Assembly (NCBI GenBank): GCA_964016885.1
Contig: OZ024742.1
Span: 178,870,001 to 178,934,000 of the forward strand
DNA from: Eledone cirrhosa
Lineage: Eukaryota
Direction of reading: 5' to 3'
Length of the DNA stretch: 64,000 bases
The translations under genes were made by a program, and so were the position numbers. This document shows, in pieces, positions 42,281 through 57,189 of this stretch. The notes below the pieces were generated by a model. It was not told where the DNA came from and searched no databases. It saw nothing but the letters and a program-made list of their open reading frames with translations. Position 1 is the first letter of the stretch. Every line of letters begins with the position of its first letter.

Positions 42281-45251
42281 ATGTCTCATTCTGTTTGTTG
42301 TATTCAAGAGACTAGGTGGAGAGGGGGGTCTGCCAGATTCATCGTGGGTAAAAAGCGATGCTATAAACTTTTCTGGGTGGGAACTGTCAACGGACTGGGT
42401 GGTGTAGGAATTATGTTAGCTGAAAAATGGGTAGATAAGGTAATTGACGTAAATAGAGTGAATGATAGAATAATTAAAATAAGACTAATTCTAAATAGAA
42501 CTACTGTGACAATAATATCCGCTTATGCACCCCAATCTGGTCTACCTGACGTTGTGAAGGATGGGTTCTATGAGATGCTAATGCACACTACCTCCCAAAT
42601 AACCGACAGCGACTACTTAATTATTGCTGGCGATATAAACGGTCACGTTGAACAACATAGCGATTGCTATGATGGAATCCATGGAGGCTATGGGGTTGGA
42701 AATAGAAATGAGGAGGGCTTCAGAATCCTGGAATTCTGTGATGCTAATAACCTAACTATCTGTAACACAAACTTCAAAAAACTAGAAAACGACTTGATTA
42801 CCTATAGATCAGGGGAACACGTCAGCCAGATAGATCATATCCTTACTAGAAGCCGGGACAAAGTGTCTGTTGTAAACACTAAATCCCTCCCCCGTGAAGA
42901 ATGCACCTCCCAACATAGCCTAGTAGTTAGTGATCTCACAGTCAGAAATAGACGTACTCGACGACACAGGAGGCCTACCTTGAGGAGAAGAATATGGAAG
43001 TTGAAGGACCCCATAGCCAGCGGCAAATTTAAAAGCTTATTACTTGATGCCTTTGACAATAAGGAAGAGCAATTAGAGATGTGCAATATAGAAGAACAAT
43101 GGCAATTCTTGAAAGTGAACCTGCTGAAAGCAACGGAGGAAATCTGTGGCTGAAGCAGACCTATAGGCAGGAGGAGAGTAACTTGGTGGTGGAACAGTAA
43201 GGTGGAGGAGACAATCAAGGCCAAAAAGCAGGCTTGGAAAGTATGGCAGGATGGGGGAAGTAGAGAGTACTATCAAGTGGCCAGGAGAGAAGCTAAGAGA
43301 CAAGTGTATCTTGCAAAAAGGGAAGCAGAGGATAGAAAGTTCAAGCATATTCTACAACGCGAGGACCAAAAACGTGAGGTGTTCAGGATTGCTAAACAAT
43401 GTGTCAAGGAAAACCGTGATATTGACGGGGAGAAGTGTGTCCGTAATGATAACGGTGTACTTGCCCGCACTGATACTGATAAGAAGATAGCCTGGAAGTG
43501 TCACTATGAGAGACTATTAAATGAGGAGAATAAATGGGAAAAAGATAGTCTGCCCCAAATCGATCCAATAGAAGGACCAACGGTGCAAGTTAAAGCTAGT
43601 ATAATAAGTAAGGCAATCAAAGATATGAAGACAGGCAAGGCAGCTGGGCCTTCGGAGATAGATGCTGAGATTTTGAAGGCATCTGGAATGGTGGGACATA
43701 CTATGGTCACCCGTATAGTTAACCAAGTAATACAGAATGGGGGTCATACCAAAAGACTGACGTAGCAGCATCATCATTAACTGCTACAAGGGTAAAGGGG
43801 ATGCTCTAGATAGGGGAAACTATAGAGGCATTAAGTTAGTTGACCAAGTCATGAAGGTCACAGAAAGAGTTATAGCGCAACTAATCAGAGAACGAATTGA
43901 TCTAGATAAAATGCAGTTTGGGTTTGTGTCAGGTAAAAGTACCACAGACGCTCTTTTCCTTGTACGACAACTACAGGAGAAATAACTAGCTAAAAGTAAA
44001 CCCCTCTACTTAGCTTTTGTAGACCTGGAGAAAACCTTTGACAGAGTCCCCCTGCTCCATTATCTGGTGGGCTCTTAGAAAACTAGGTGTAGATGAATAG
44101 CTTGTGAGAGCTATACAAGCTATGTATAAAGAATCAGTCAGTAAGGTTAGAATTAACAATGAATATTGTGAAGAATTTAGTGTAAAAGTTGGTGTTCATC
44201 AAGGCTCCGTCCTTAGCCCCCTCCTATTTATTATTGCCGTTCAGGCTATAACAGAGGAGTTCAAGACCGGCTGACCATGGGTACTCCTATACACAGATGA
44301 TCTAACGCTCATAGCTGAATCAATGGCTGAACTAGAGAAGAAATTCCAAACATGGAAGCATGGCCTAGAATCAAAAGGCCTTAAAGTTAACTTGTCTAAG
44401 ACTAAAGTTCTAGTTTGTAGAAAGGAAAATAGGGCACAGGTGCCCTCAGGGAAATGGCCATGCTCAGTGTGTAGGAAAGGAGTAGGCAGAAATTCCATTT
44501 TATGTCTCAAATGCAAAGTATGGGTACATAAAAGATGTAGTGGGATCACAGGTAAACTATCTAAGAACGTAGACTTTATATGTGGCCGATGCTCAGGTGC
44601 AATAAGTAGCAAGTTTCCACAGGATACTAGCTCCTTCTATTGCCCAGATGGTTCTATAGAAATAGTGGACACTTTCCGTTACCAGGGTGATGAAATCAGC
44701 AGTGGTTGAGGGTGTTCCGAAAGTACAGTAGCCAGAGTCAGAACGGGATGGAAAAAGTTCAGAGAGCTTATACTGCTGTTGGCCACAAAAGGTTTCTATC
44801 TAAAAATGAAAAGCAGATTGTATGATGCCTGTATACGAACAACAATGCTATATGGCAGTGAGACATGGGATTTACGTGCAGAGGACCTGCGCAGACTGGA
44901 AAGGTACGAAGAATGCATGCTCCGTTGGATGTGTAATAGTAATATACGTGAACGGCAAAGCATAAATGAACTAAGTGAGACATTAGGACTAAGAGGGATC
45001 AGATGATGTTTACTTGAGAGAAGACTACGTTGGTATGGCCACGTGATGCGCATGAAAGACGACAGCTGTATAAAACGTGCAGGGTGATCAAAATTGATGG
45101 TAGTTACGGAGTAGGTAGACCCAGAAAAACCTGGGACGATCTGATAAATTCCGACCTTACACACCTGCACCTCTCTAAGACAATGTCACTGGACCGAGAT
45201 CTTTGGCGCTACACAGTAATACAGAAGACCCGCCTTGCCTATGTACAGTAG
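42281..45251 (+). mobile_element. RTE-clade LINE (APE + RT + Cys-rich finger), inactivated
   Basis: APE motifs IQETRW, SAYAPQ, GDINGH, QIDHIL, SQH; RT motifs NYRGIKL, QFGF, FVDLEK, GVHQGSVLSPLLF, YTDD; CxxC...CxxC..WVHKRC; MLYGSETW; RWYGHV; several stops and frameshifts. 41537-42090 may be its 5' part. Confidence 0.93.
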
Positions 45252-45373
45252 GAACCTCTTAACCAAATATACACGCCGATCCACAACCCCTACCCTATCC
45301 TCCCACTCCCACCAACACCACCCTCTCTTTGTAAAGTTGGTACCACAACATCCAGTCCAAATAAATGAGATAA

Positions 45374-45556
45374 TTCTTTCTACTTTTTGGCACAAGGCCA
45401 GCAAATACCCAGTACATTACTGGTACTTTATTTTATCGACCCCGTAAGGATGAAAGGTAAAGTTAACCTCGGCGGGATTTGAACTCAAAATGGCAAGGGC
45501 CGTAACTCTATGCGTCAAAGCATGGCGTCCGACCCTCTACCGATACTGCCAATCCA
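45374..45556 (-). mobile_element. tRNA-derived SINE with TSD
   Basis: Same family core; TSD aaataaatgagataat on both sides. Confidence 0.9.
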
Positions 45557-45677
45557 AATAAATGAGATAATGAGGTCGAGATCGTGTAGGTATCACGACA
45601 AAATAAACACACAGTCCACGCTGTAATGTGGCCATGTAGGTAACACTGTAAAAAGTTCCCAGTTCCACACTGTAAAT

Positions 45678-45845
45678 GTGGTTGGTGTTAGGAAGGGCAT
45701 CCAGCCGTAGAAAACCTGTCAGATATTCCTATATGAGCGAGACACGGTCACCCGACCTACCTTGCCTCAAGTGGGACAACTCCCGTCTAACCCATGCTAA
45801 CGTGGAAGATGGACATTAAACGAAGATGATGATGGTGATGATGAT
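45678..45845 (+). mobile_element. SINE/LINE 3' tail fragment
   Basis: ggttggtgttaggaagggcatccagccgtagaaaac...ggacattaaacgaagatgatgatg, ending in (GAT)n. Confidence 0.55.
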
Positions 45846-45868
45846 ACATATAGATGATATATATAATG

Positions 45869-45938
<70 letters not shown>

Positions 45939-46469
45939 CGTGTGTGTATGTGTGTGTATATATATGTGATGTATGTATATATGTATATTTCGTATACGCA
46001 TATATATTATAGCATAAATGACATGAATGATGAAGATAAGATTTTACCTCACATTCGGAAAATTTAGAAAATGGCGACTGTTACGTTGTGTGGAAAACCA
46101 GAACAACAGCAACAACAACCGAAGCTGCAGCAACCACAGCAACAACAACAATAACTACGGAAACAACAATGACACGAGAGGTATCAATTAGTGATATGAA
46201 TTATGCGTTGGACCTCCGAAAGCTCCCACGATGAGTGTTCCAGTTTTTTCGAACATCATCGGAACTGCCTCCTTGTGAAATTAACGTGATATTTCCCTTA
46301 ATAAAGTTCTCAGGGAGATTCAGTATAGTGAGTGTACAGAAGTAATGTTGAATAAAGGCCACAAAGCGTCGTTGGGAATTGACCTGTCTCAATTTTGCGA
46401 TCGTAAGCCGAGTACGCTAATCAATATGCCACTTGCTTTCCAACAACAATAACAATAATAAATATAGAG

Positions 46470-46809
46470 ACCACGACCACCACCACCACCACCATCACCA
46501 CCACCGCCACCACCACCACCACCACCCAACCGCTACTGCCACCGTCGTCACGATCACCAACACCACGACAACCAGCAACAACACCGCCACCACCACCACC
46601 ACCATCGCCCCACCGTCACCGCTACTGACACCACCACCACCATCATCACCACCATCTCCACCACCATCTCCACCACCACTACCGCTACTGCCACCGTCAC
46701 GATCACCAACACCACGACAACCAGCGACAACACCGCCACCGCCATGGCCATCGCCACCACCATCACCGCTACTGGCACCACCACCACCACCACCACCACC
46801 TAATGCTAC

Positions 46810-46860
<51 letters not shown>
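46470..46860. repeat. (CAC)n-rich low-complexity tract plus (TAC)n
   Basis: Seen directly. Confidence 0.9.
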
Positions 46861-46954
46861 GAACAGTAGCAGTAACAGCATTAACATCAAAGGAGAACAA
46901 CAGCTTACAGAATATCAAAGCTTAGTGGGAGATGGATGGTGGGTAAAAGCGATT

Positions 46955-47590
46955 TGGTAGTAGTGGCAGTGGTGGGGGAGGGGGGTGATAGTGGTGGTAG
47001 TGGTGGTAGTGGGAGTGGTAGTGGTGTAGTCTCGGTGGTAGTGGTAGAAGTGGCGGTGATGGTAGTAGTGGTGGTGGTGTTGGTAGTGGTGGCAGTGGTG
47101 GGGGTGATAGTGGTGGTAGTGGTGGTAGTGGGAGTGGTAGTGGTGTAGTCTCAGTGGTAGTGGTAGAAGTGGCGGTGATGCTAGTAGTGGTGATGGTGTT
47201 GGTAGTGGTGGCAGTGGTGGGGGTGATAGTGGTGGTAGTGGTGGTAGTGGGAGTGGTAGTGGTGTAGTCTCGGTGGTAGTGGTAGAAGTGGCGGTGATGC
47301 TAGTAGTGGTGATGGTGTTGGTAGTGGTGGCAGTGGTGGGGGTGATAGTGGTGGTAGTGGTGGTAGTGGGAGTGGTAGTGGTGTAGTCTCGGTGGTAGTG
47401 GTAGAAGTGGCGGTGATGGTAGTAGTGGTGATGGTGTTGGTAGTGGTGGCAGTGGTGGGGGTGATAGTGGTGGTAGTGGTGGTAGTGGGAGTGATAGTGG
47501 TGTAGTCTCGGTGGTAGTGGTAGAAGTGGCGGTGATGGTAGTAGTGGTGGTGGTGTTGGTAGTGGTGGCAGTGGTGGGGGTGGTAGTGGT
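46955..47590. repeat. 119-bp period minisatellite built from GGT/AGT triplets (~5 units)
   Basis: The marker tagtctc recurs at 47027, 47146, 47265, 47384 and 47503. Confidence 0.9.
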
Positions 47591-47929
47591 GGTGGTGGTA
47601 GTGGGCGCGGTGGTGGTAGTGGTAGTAGTGGTAGTGGGCGCGGTGGTGGTGGTGGTAGTGGGCGCGGTGGTGGTAGTGGTAGTGGTGGTAGTGGGCGCGG
47701 TGGTGGTGGTGGTGGGGTGATGGTAGTGGAAGAGGTGGTGGTGGTAGTGGGAGCATTGATGGTGTTTATGGGAGCGGTGATGGTTCTGGTGATGGTGGTG
47801 GTGGTGGTGGTAGAGGCGGTGGTGTGAGAGGTGGTGGTCGTAGTGGTGGCCGGCTGAAGTGAGAAGGGGGAAATGAAGGAGATGGAGTAGAGGTGAGTAG
47901 AGAAGATGGAAAAGAAGGAAACAAATACA

Positions 47930-48510
47930 TAAATACACGCACACTCACACGCAGTCGAGCACACACACACATACAAAAGCATGCACACAAACACACACAC
48001 AAGCTTACACACGCAGACGCACACAGAAGCACACACACACACGCACTCACACCAGCAACCAGGCACACACAAACACACACACACACAGACACACACACAC
48101 TCACACCAGCAACCAGGCACACACAAACACACACACACACACTCAGACACACACACACTCACACCAGCAACCAGGCACAAACATACACACACAAGCACAC
48201 ACACACACACACACACACAATACACACACACACTCACACACTCACACAAGCAACCAGGCACACAAATACACACACAAGCACACACACACTCACACAAGCA
48301 ACCAGGCACACAAATACACACACAAACACACACACACACACACATACACAAACCCGCACACACTCACACAAGGACACAAGCAACCAGGCACACACATACA
48401 CACATTCAAGCACACACACACACAATCACACAGGCAACCCCACACACACTCACACAAGCACATACACACACACTCAGACAACCACACACACACACACCGA
48501 CACACACAGA
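47930..48510. repeat. CA-rich minisatellite with recurring gcaaccaggcac
   Basis: Seen directly. Confidence 0.85.
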
Positions 48511-48983
48511 CACCCCACCCCAGGAGAGAAAACAAAGGGTTAATGTGGCCAAAGGGTGGTAGTTTTTCTGTATCCAACTCGAGTAAACTGGGTGGGTGGT
48601 GCCCTACCCACTTAACAGTTGCCCCTAGAAACAAACAGAAATAAATAGAGAGAGGGGCTGGGGAGGAAGAGTAAGGGTGGCGAGGAAGGATAAGGGCTGT
48701 CGAGGAAGGGTAAAGGCTGGGGAGAAAAGAACAGGGTGGTTATGTAGGATGATGAGATATATTAAAACGCTTACACTTAAATCACCATTATGCCCTCCCC
48801 CTCCTCCCCCTCATCGACCCCGCCCCTCTAATTATATAGACCCTTTGTGTAGCCTCCTTCTGCAAGCCGCCTCCCACTTGACCCCAGAGATTTGAGAGTT
48901 TTCTAGAAACAAGTCATGCATATGTGTGTGTGTGTATGTACGTGCGTGTGTGCGTGTGTGTGTATATGGGTGTATATATATAA

Positions 48984-49039
<56 letters not shown>

Positions 49040-49042
<3 letters not shown>

Positions 49043-49300
49043 AAGACGCGTGGCTTATTGCTTAGAGAGTTGGATTCACTATCATGAGATCGTGAGTTCC
49101 TTTCTCGGACCGGACGATGAATTGTGTCCTTGAGCAAGACACTTTATTTCACGTTGTTCCAGTTCACTCAGCAGCAGATATGAGTTGCGACGTCACTGAT
49201 GCCAAACTGTATCGGTATTTCCCTTTTTCATGGACAACACCGGTGGCATGGAAAGAGGTGACTGGTATGACTGCTGTTCTTCCACAGAAGGGAACTTTCT
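49040..49300 (+). mobile_element. tRNA-derived SINE (second family)
   Basis: A-box-like gtggcttattgcttag, B-box-like gagttc, then ttgtgtccttgagcaagacactt core. Confidence 0.7.
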
Positions 49301-49499
49301 AGGTATAAATTCCACGGTTATTCGTACATACATACATACATACATGCATATATGTACGTGTTTATATATATATAAAGAAGAATAAGAAGCAGACGAGAAG
49401 GAAACAAATACACACACATATAAGCTTACATATATATATATAAGTATTGAGTACTCTGGTGCGTTATGGTCCATCTGGTTCCTTACCACACCTCCTTCG

Positions 49500-49565
<66 letters not shown>

Positions 49566-49570
<5 letters not shown>

Positions 49571-49985
49571 TAGAATTGGTGCTCTGAAATACCGATATAT
49601 ATATATGAATGTATATATATAGTGTATTTTGCAATACACTGTATGCTTAATTAAAAGCATTTTGAAGACCATACACTATTGTTTTAAAATAGTGACAATG
49701 TCACTTATTCAAATTTTCAGCAAACAAGGGAGCTAAACTGACAGAGCTCTGTTTCGTACTTTTTGGTACTTATCAAAGTTCACTACCCCTCCTGTTTGCT
49801 GAAAATTATGTGTTGGATTCTTATAGAATTCCAGTAATAATCAGGAACTGATTATACAGAGCGGTCGCCGGTCCAGCAGAAATTGAAAATTAGAATTGGT
49901 GCTCTGAAATAGCGATATATATATATGAATGTATATGCAGTGTATTTTGCAATACACTGTATGCTTAATTAAAAACATTTTGAAG

Positions 49986-49990
<5 letters not shown>
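49566..49990 (-). mobile_element. Family D tandem pLTR with U3-A8 hammerhead at 49736-49780
   Basis: AACT-TTGATAA-GTAC caaaaa GTAC-GAAA-CAGAGCTCTG-TC-AGTT; direct repeat 49566-49672 / 49886-49990. Confidence 0.82.
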
Positions 49991-50075
<85 letters not shown>

Positions 50076-51028
50076 CATATTCACTGAACCAGAACAATTC
50101 TCCCAATCCCATTTCTCTTGACCACTATCTTTCCATTGTCATAACATTCGCTATAAAGACTACAGAATAGTTTTCCAAATAAGGGCGCAAAAATGTAATG
50201 AAAACTTGTTCACGTGACAGCCAAATTTCATTTATAACCAATCAAATCACGTTTATTAAAAAAAAGCCTTCGTGAGCCACCTTTTTTTAAAGTAAAGAAA
50301 TTCAAACACACACACACACACGCACGCACACACACAAGCACACAAATAAACACACATATCTTTACATTCTTTATTCAATAGAAAATCTGAATTCTGACAA
50401 CCCAGCGAACTAACCATATTCACTGAACCAGAACAATTCTCCCATCCCTTTCTCTTGACCATTATCTTTCACTTATCAAAAAATTCTCTAAAAAGGCTAC
50501 AGAATGGATTTCCAAATAAGGGCACAAAAATTTAATGAAAATTTGTTCACGTGACAGCCATAATTTCATTTATAACCAACCAAAAAAAAGCCTTCGTGAG
50601 CCTCCTTTTTTCAAGTAAAAAGAAATTCAAACACTCATATATGAAAAAACAACCTGTGACAACCCCCTCCCCTCTTATTTGAAGAACTATTGTAACGCGA
50701 ACTGGCGCGAAATTTATTATAATTATTGACAAACCAATCAAATTACTTCTCGAAAAACCTGGCATTTCGAGTAACTTTTTCCATATAAAACAAGTAACAT
50801 TCAGAGACCAACCAGATGTGAGAAAAACCACAGACCCTCCATCTCAACTCACCTTTTGAAAAGCAGAAGAACTGCGAAACCGGTAAAGGAACCAAATAAA
50901 TATATATATATTTTTTAAAAATAAGACTCCAGTTGCATTTTCGATTTCATCTCTTTTTCTTTATACTTTCACTCGTGTAGGACACCTCGGTTATTTTTCA
51001 ATTTGTAAAAAAAAACCTCACTTTCTAA
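50076..51028 (+). mobile_element. Probable PLE 3' region: ~340-bp tandem duplication then family E hammerhead (50852-50889)
   Basis: catattcactgaaccagaacaattctccc at 50076 and 50416; CCTT-TTGAAAA-GCAG aagaa CTGC-GAAA-CCGG-TA-AAGG. Confidence 0.72.
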
Positions 51029-51129
51029 TATATATATATATATATACTTGTGTATAATGGTAGCTATGGTGCTTCCATAGGCGGTATGCCAAAATTAGCA
51101 CTCAATATTCAACAGTGTAGAGTGTGTAT

Positions 51130-51350
51130 AGTATAAAAAAACGAAAAATCAGTGATGCATCTGGACTCAATTCATTGCGTGTTACAATTGTTTGATAAAA
51201 TTGAGTGATAAAATTTGCTCCGAACGAACTACCCGTGTCTGAAGGAACCAGCCAGATCCATACAGGGACCATGTCTCGAGCTACCTGCCGGCGAAACAAT
51301 TGTAACACGCAATAAATTGAGTCCAGATGCATCACTGATTTTTCGTTTTT

Positions 51351-51355
<5 letters not shown>
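51130..51355. mobile_element. Inverted mini-element with hammerhead-like motif (51234-51309 +)
   Basis: CGTGT-CTGAAGGA-ACC...GGC-GAAA-CAATTG-TA-ACACG; arms 51133-51193 / 51294-51354. Confidence 0.72.
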
Positions 51356-51383
<28 letters not shown>

Positions 51384-51537
51384 TTCAGAAGATCCCGTTA
51401 AGGGTGAAAGCAGCGATTCTTTGCTTAAACTTTAATCTGTTATTTTAATAAATATTTGCTCTACGGTTCTTATATATTTATATATATTTATCCTTATCGA
51501 GCCCTCTTTGGATTTTAGTCTTCAAATTTATTATTAT

Positions 51538-51580
<43 letters not shown>

Positions 51581-51584
51581 TGTG

Positions 51585-51805
51585 TTTATCCCGGGTTCAA
51601 TCGAGGGTAACCACAGTAAGTAAGGTACTCAATACCTAGCAGAGTGTAAATAAATATCTAATATAGAAATGGCTTCTAAAGGACTAGAGCTGTTTCATTC
51701 GGGAGAAATCATTAGGAAGCCGACTGTCACTCACGATATTACACTGACAGTTGGCTTCCTGATGATTTCTCCCGAATGAAACAGTTCTAGTCCTGTAGAA
51801 GCCAC

Positions 51806-51810
<5 letters not shown>
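51585..51810. mobile_element. Family H inverted mini-element with hammerhead (51753-51803 +)
   Basis: GGCTTC-CTGATGA-T-TTC tccc GAA-T-GAAA-CAG ttctagtc CTG-TA-GAAGCC; decayed mirror at 51671-51721. Confidence 0.85.
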
Positions 51811-51845
<35 letters not shown>

Positions 51846-51876
51846 GAATAATCGAGTATCGAAAAATCGGCGCACG

Positions 51877-52865
<989 letters not shown>

Positions 52866-53514
52866 ATATATATATATATATATAATATATAAGTTAATGC
52901 TGGGACAAGCTTATGCTTTTAAACAATACGTCTAAAAGAAATAGTTAGCTGAAACAGATAGTGTAGTACTATTTCGGAAGGGTCATACTGTTAATAAATA
53001 ACACTCGCATTTCTAATTTCCCTTCACTTGTTTTATATAATTAGATAATTAGTTAATTAATCAGGTAATTAATTCGGACCTTAACCTTCTTTCGTCACAG
53101 ACTGTGAAATAATCAATGAGTACAGGTTAAACAAATTCTCAAAGCGCAGAGAATATGTATGAATAATGAGGCACAAGTCAGTGACTAAAGAACTTTGACA
53201 AACTACTTAATTAACTTATTAATGAATTAATTATCTAATTTTTAATAAAATTGAAGTGAAATACAACAAATGCGTGTGTTGTTGATTGGCACTAGAAGTC
53301 TCATTGAAACAGAGCCCTCTATCGTTAAAACACATAAGTGATCTACGATGAAATGCAGCCTCATAGGGGGCTGGTGAAAACTCTGTAGGTATCAGCTTAA
53401 ACAACAACAACACTAAATACAACTTTAAATATTTGCAGCTCAGTAGTTAAGTTGTAAAAGCAAAGTATTAAAGTATTTTGTATGAAGATTATTAATTCTG
53501 CAACTTAAGCTACG

Positions 53515-53626
<112 letters not shown>

Positions 53627-53644
53627 CTGTGTGTGTCTGTGTGT

Positions 53645-53830
53645 GTATCCTGGGTTCAATCGGGGGTAACCATAGTAAGTAAGGTACTCAATACATAGCA
53701 GAGTATAAATATTTAATATAGAAATGGCTTCTACAGGACTAGAACTGTTTCATTCGAAGGAAATCATCAGCAACGCCCTGATGATTTCCTTCGAATGAAA
53801 TAATTCTAGTCCTGTAAAAGCCATTTCTAT
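53645..53830. mobile_element. Family H inverted mini-element, back-to-back hammerhead cores
   Basis: tttcattcgaaggaaatcatcag-caacgcc-ctgatgatttccttcgaatgaaa. Confidence 0.82.
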
Positions 53831-54362
53831 ATATATATATAGGAAAAGTAAACGCATCAAAACACAGCAAATGATACATTAGAAATATGTACAGAAGAAA
53901 TAAAAAGATTGGAGAGAGTTAGAAAATGAAGAAATAGAAAAAAAGATTTTGGAGAAAACGCACGTGTATGTTCAGTCTGCTATTTAAATTTCAATGACCT
54001 GCAAGCATGAGTAAACACCTCTTCAATGACAGGCTTAGGCATATCAAAAATAAAAACAAACTTCATTTTTATTTACATTTGGCCTCATGTCTGACGACAA
54101 CACATTGAATGACTGTTGAATAACGACAGTTTGATGTCTTTAAATTGTGCATAACGGGAGCAAGTTTTGAAAGTATCTGATGTTGAATATATAATAATGT
54201 CTGTTTTACTTTTCTTAATATCGTTACTCCCTCTGATACGATATGCATAATAGCATGTGGAATCCACGATGTCGATTACTTCCGCCTGATTACACCATTA
54301 TTTTTCAATTAATTGGATCAACCAACACTGATTATCAATACACACTCACACACAGGTACACG

Positions 54363-54443
<81 letters not shown>

Positions 54444-54583
54444 AAGTTATCGTCGTATTTTGACTAAAGAAATTAAAGATATTATTTATTTAAATAATTT
54501 CTTTAATTTCTTTAGTCAAAATACGGCGATAACTTACATTTCTAATAATTTCAAACCCGCTCGCTGTTTCGAAAATATTCTTA

Positions 54584-54639
<56 letters not shown>

Positions 54640-55017
54640 GGAACCAGTAAGACCCAAAGAAGACAAAAAACAGAAATTTTGGATTGTTTGCTGTTTTTTA
54701 TTTTTATTTGTTATTTCTGTTTCCCTTATGTTATTCATTTTTCATTTACTCAATTGTATTTATATTAGTTGTATTTATTTATGTATATATATATGAGTGT
54801 GTGTATATGCATATCTATCTATCTATCTATATATACTTATTTATATGTATGCAGTTCTGTTTACATGCCAACATAAGAGCAAGAATGAGGAGCTCATTCT
54901 ACTGACACTGCTTTAAAAATGAGGGGTCTTAGTGGTTCCTATTACCCACTCTACTACCCTAAGTATTGAGTACTTTGGTGCGTTATGGTCCACCTGGTTC
55001 CTTACCACATTTCCTTC

Positions 55018-55078
<61 letters not shown>

Positions 55079-55160
55079 CATTGTAGCTTAGCTGGTGGCA
55101 GAATTGATTATGTTCATGCAAAAACATTATTTCTGAATTTATCTTTCTCACTTTCTTTCC

Positions 55161-55195
<35 letters not shown>

Positions 55196-56089
55196 CTCTC
55201 TCTCTTTCTCTCCCTCTCTCTCTTTCTCTCCCTCTCTCTCTTTATATCTCTCTCTCTATATATATATATATCCCCCCCCTCTCTCTCTCTCTCTCTCTGT
55301 ATATACATATGTGTGTCTGCATGTGCGTGTGTATGTGTGTTTATGTAATTGTGTGTATACGTGCGTGCATGTGTATGCGTGTGTGCGTGATATTATCCAT
55401 ATACACATGTGTTGGAAGTCTGTCTTAGACAATTACAAAGTAAAGCTAATTAACAATTAGTTAATGACGGAATTAGTCAGCTAAAAATTTCAAAGCTGAC
55501 GAAATTTCTGCTGGATTTGAAAAAAAAAAGAATTAAACACCACCACCACCACCACCTCAACCTCTGTTATTAAACACTTTTATTTCTCCTCTACAAGCCC
55601 TATCTTGGTGGTGTTGGTGGTGGTTTGAGGAGGGTTGAATTGATGGCGTTTGTAGTGGAACTAATTCAGTTAATTGCGCATGAAACCTTAGAGATATGAA
55701 GAAGAGCATTTAAAGTGCTGTGGGCTTCGTGATTTTCTTTTTTCATTTTGGGGGTTTTCAACATTTTTTTATTATTTGATTTATTCTTTTAAATCCGTAG
55801 ACTGACAGAAACGGTAAAGAACTGAACTACAATATCTCACACGTAGCATTTTAGTTTACGTTCTGGTTAACTTTTGAGATCGAATCTCACCGAAAGCGAC
55901 AAAATATGTAAATACAAACCCCCCTGGAATGCCACGGTCAGATGACTGAAACAACTAAAAGAATAAACATTTCGGAGGATCGATATTAAATCAATTAGAA
56001 ATATTCTTCACCCTTATACATATTATAGCCCCCCCCCCCCCAAAAAAAAAAAACAAAAAAAAAAACAAGACAAAACAAAAATAAAAACG

Positions 56090-56363
56090 AAAGAAGACAA
56101 AAAACAGAAATTTTGGATTGTTTGCTGTTTTTTATTTTTATTTGTTATTTCTGTTTCCCTTATGTTATTCATTTTTCATTTACTCAATTGTATTTATATT
56201 AGTTGTATTTATTTATGCATATATATATATATATGAGTGTGTGTATATGCTTATCTATCTATCTATATATATATACTTATTTATATGTATGCAGTTCTGT
56301 TTACATGCCAACATAAGAGCAAGAATGAGAAGCTCATTCTACTGACACTGCTTTAAAAATGAG
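56090..56363 (+). repeat. Near-identical duplicate of 54657-54925
   Basis: aagaagacaaaaaacagaaattttgg...gctttaaaaatgagg in both; its 3' part also resembles 25162-25340. Confidence 0.9.
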
Positions 56364-56758
56364 GCTTGTTTGCATAATTGCAAACAAATCGAATATTGTT
56401 ATTAATATTCGAAAAACTCAGATTACATTTATTGTATTCAGCCATGTAGAGCGAACATTTAAAAAAAAATTTATATATAAATATATATATACGTACATAT
56501 ATATATATATATGTATATATGTATATGTATATGTTATACTTGGGGAGGGTCATATTTGTGTAATATTGCCAGAATTAATAACAGAACACACTCACTTTTT
56601 GGTTGGTTTTCGCTTTTCGCTTCTGTGTCTTTTATATCGGTAATCTAATTTATTCGGTCCTCAATGTTGCCATTGACTGACCAACGGTCAAAAATAATAC
56701 AGATCCAATATAGACACAAACACATATAAAAAACCTCGCAAAACTAATTCATCACCGT

Positions 56759-56869
<111 letters not shown>

Positions 56870-56921
56870 GTATATATATATATGTATATTTCTGTATAAA
56901 TATTATATATATATACATATA

Positions 56922-57000
56922 CAGGGTGTCCCAAAAGAATGTATACACACATCAACAGCATTCTAATAAATATTTGTATACATTTTTTAGGGACACCCTA
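56922..57000. mobile_element. Tc1/mariner-type MITE
   Basis: TA-cagggtgtccc...gggacacccta-TA. Confidence 0.75.
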
Positions 57001-57189
57001 TATATGTATATATACATATGTATGCTGAGTGCAAAATGTCATAGCCGACATAAACCTCCTAAATTAAATAAACTACATAGGTTGTTGATTCGTGCAAGGG
57101 AGAGGATTACGGGAAAAATGTTGCTGCTCTCCCTCTTTCGTCTCCTAGAAGATGGATACTGCCGAATTCGAAAGTTCCTGATGCCTTTA

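Noticed and set aside
46915-48543. Long Pro/His/Thr-rich ORFs (up to 482 aa)
   Set aside because: Stop-free low-complexity repeats; the 119-bp period shifts frame.
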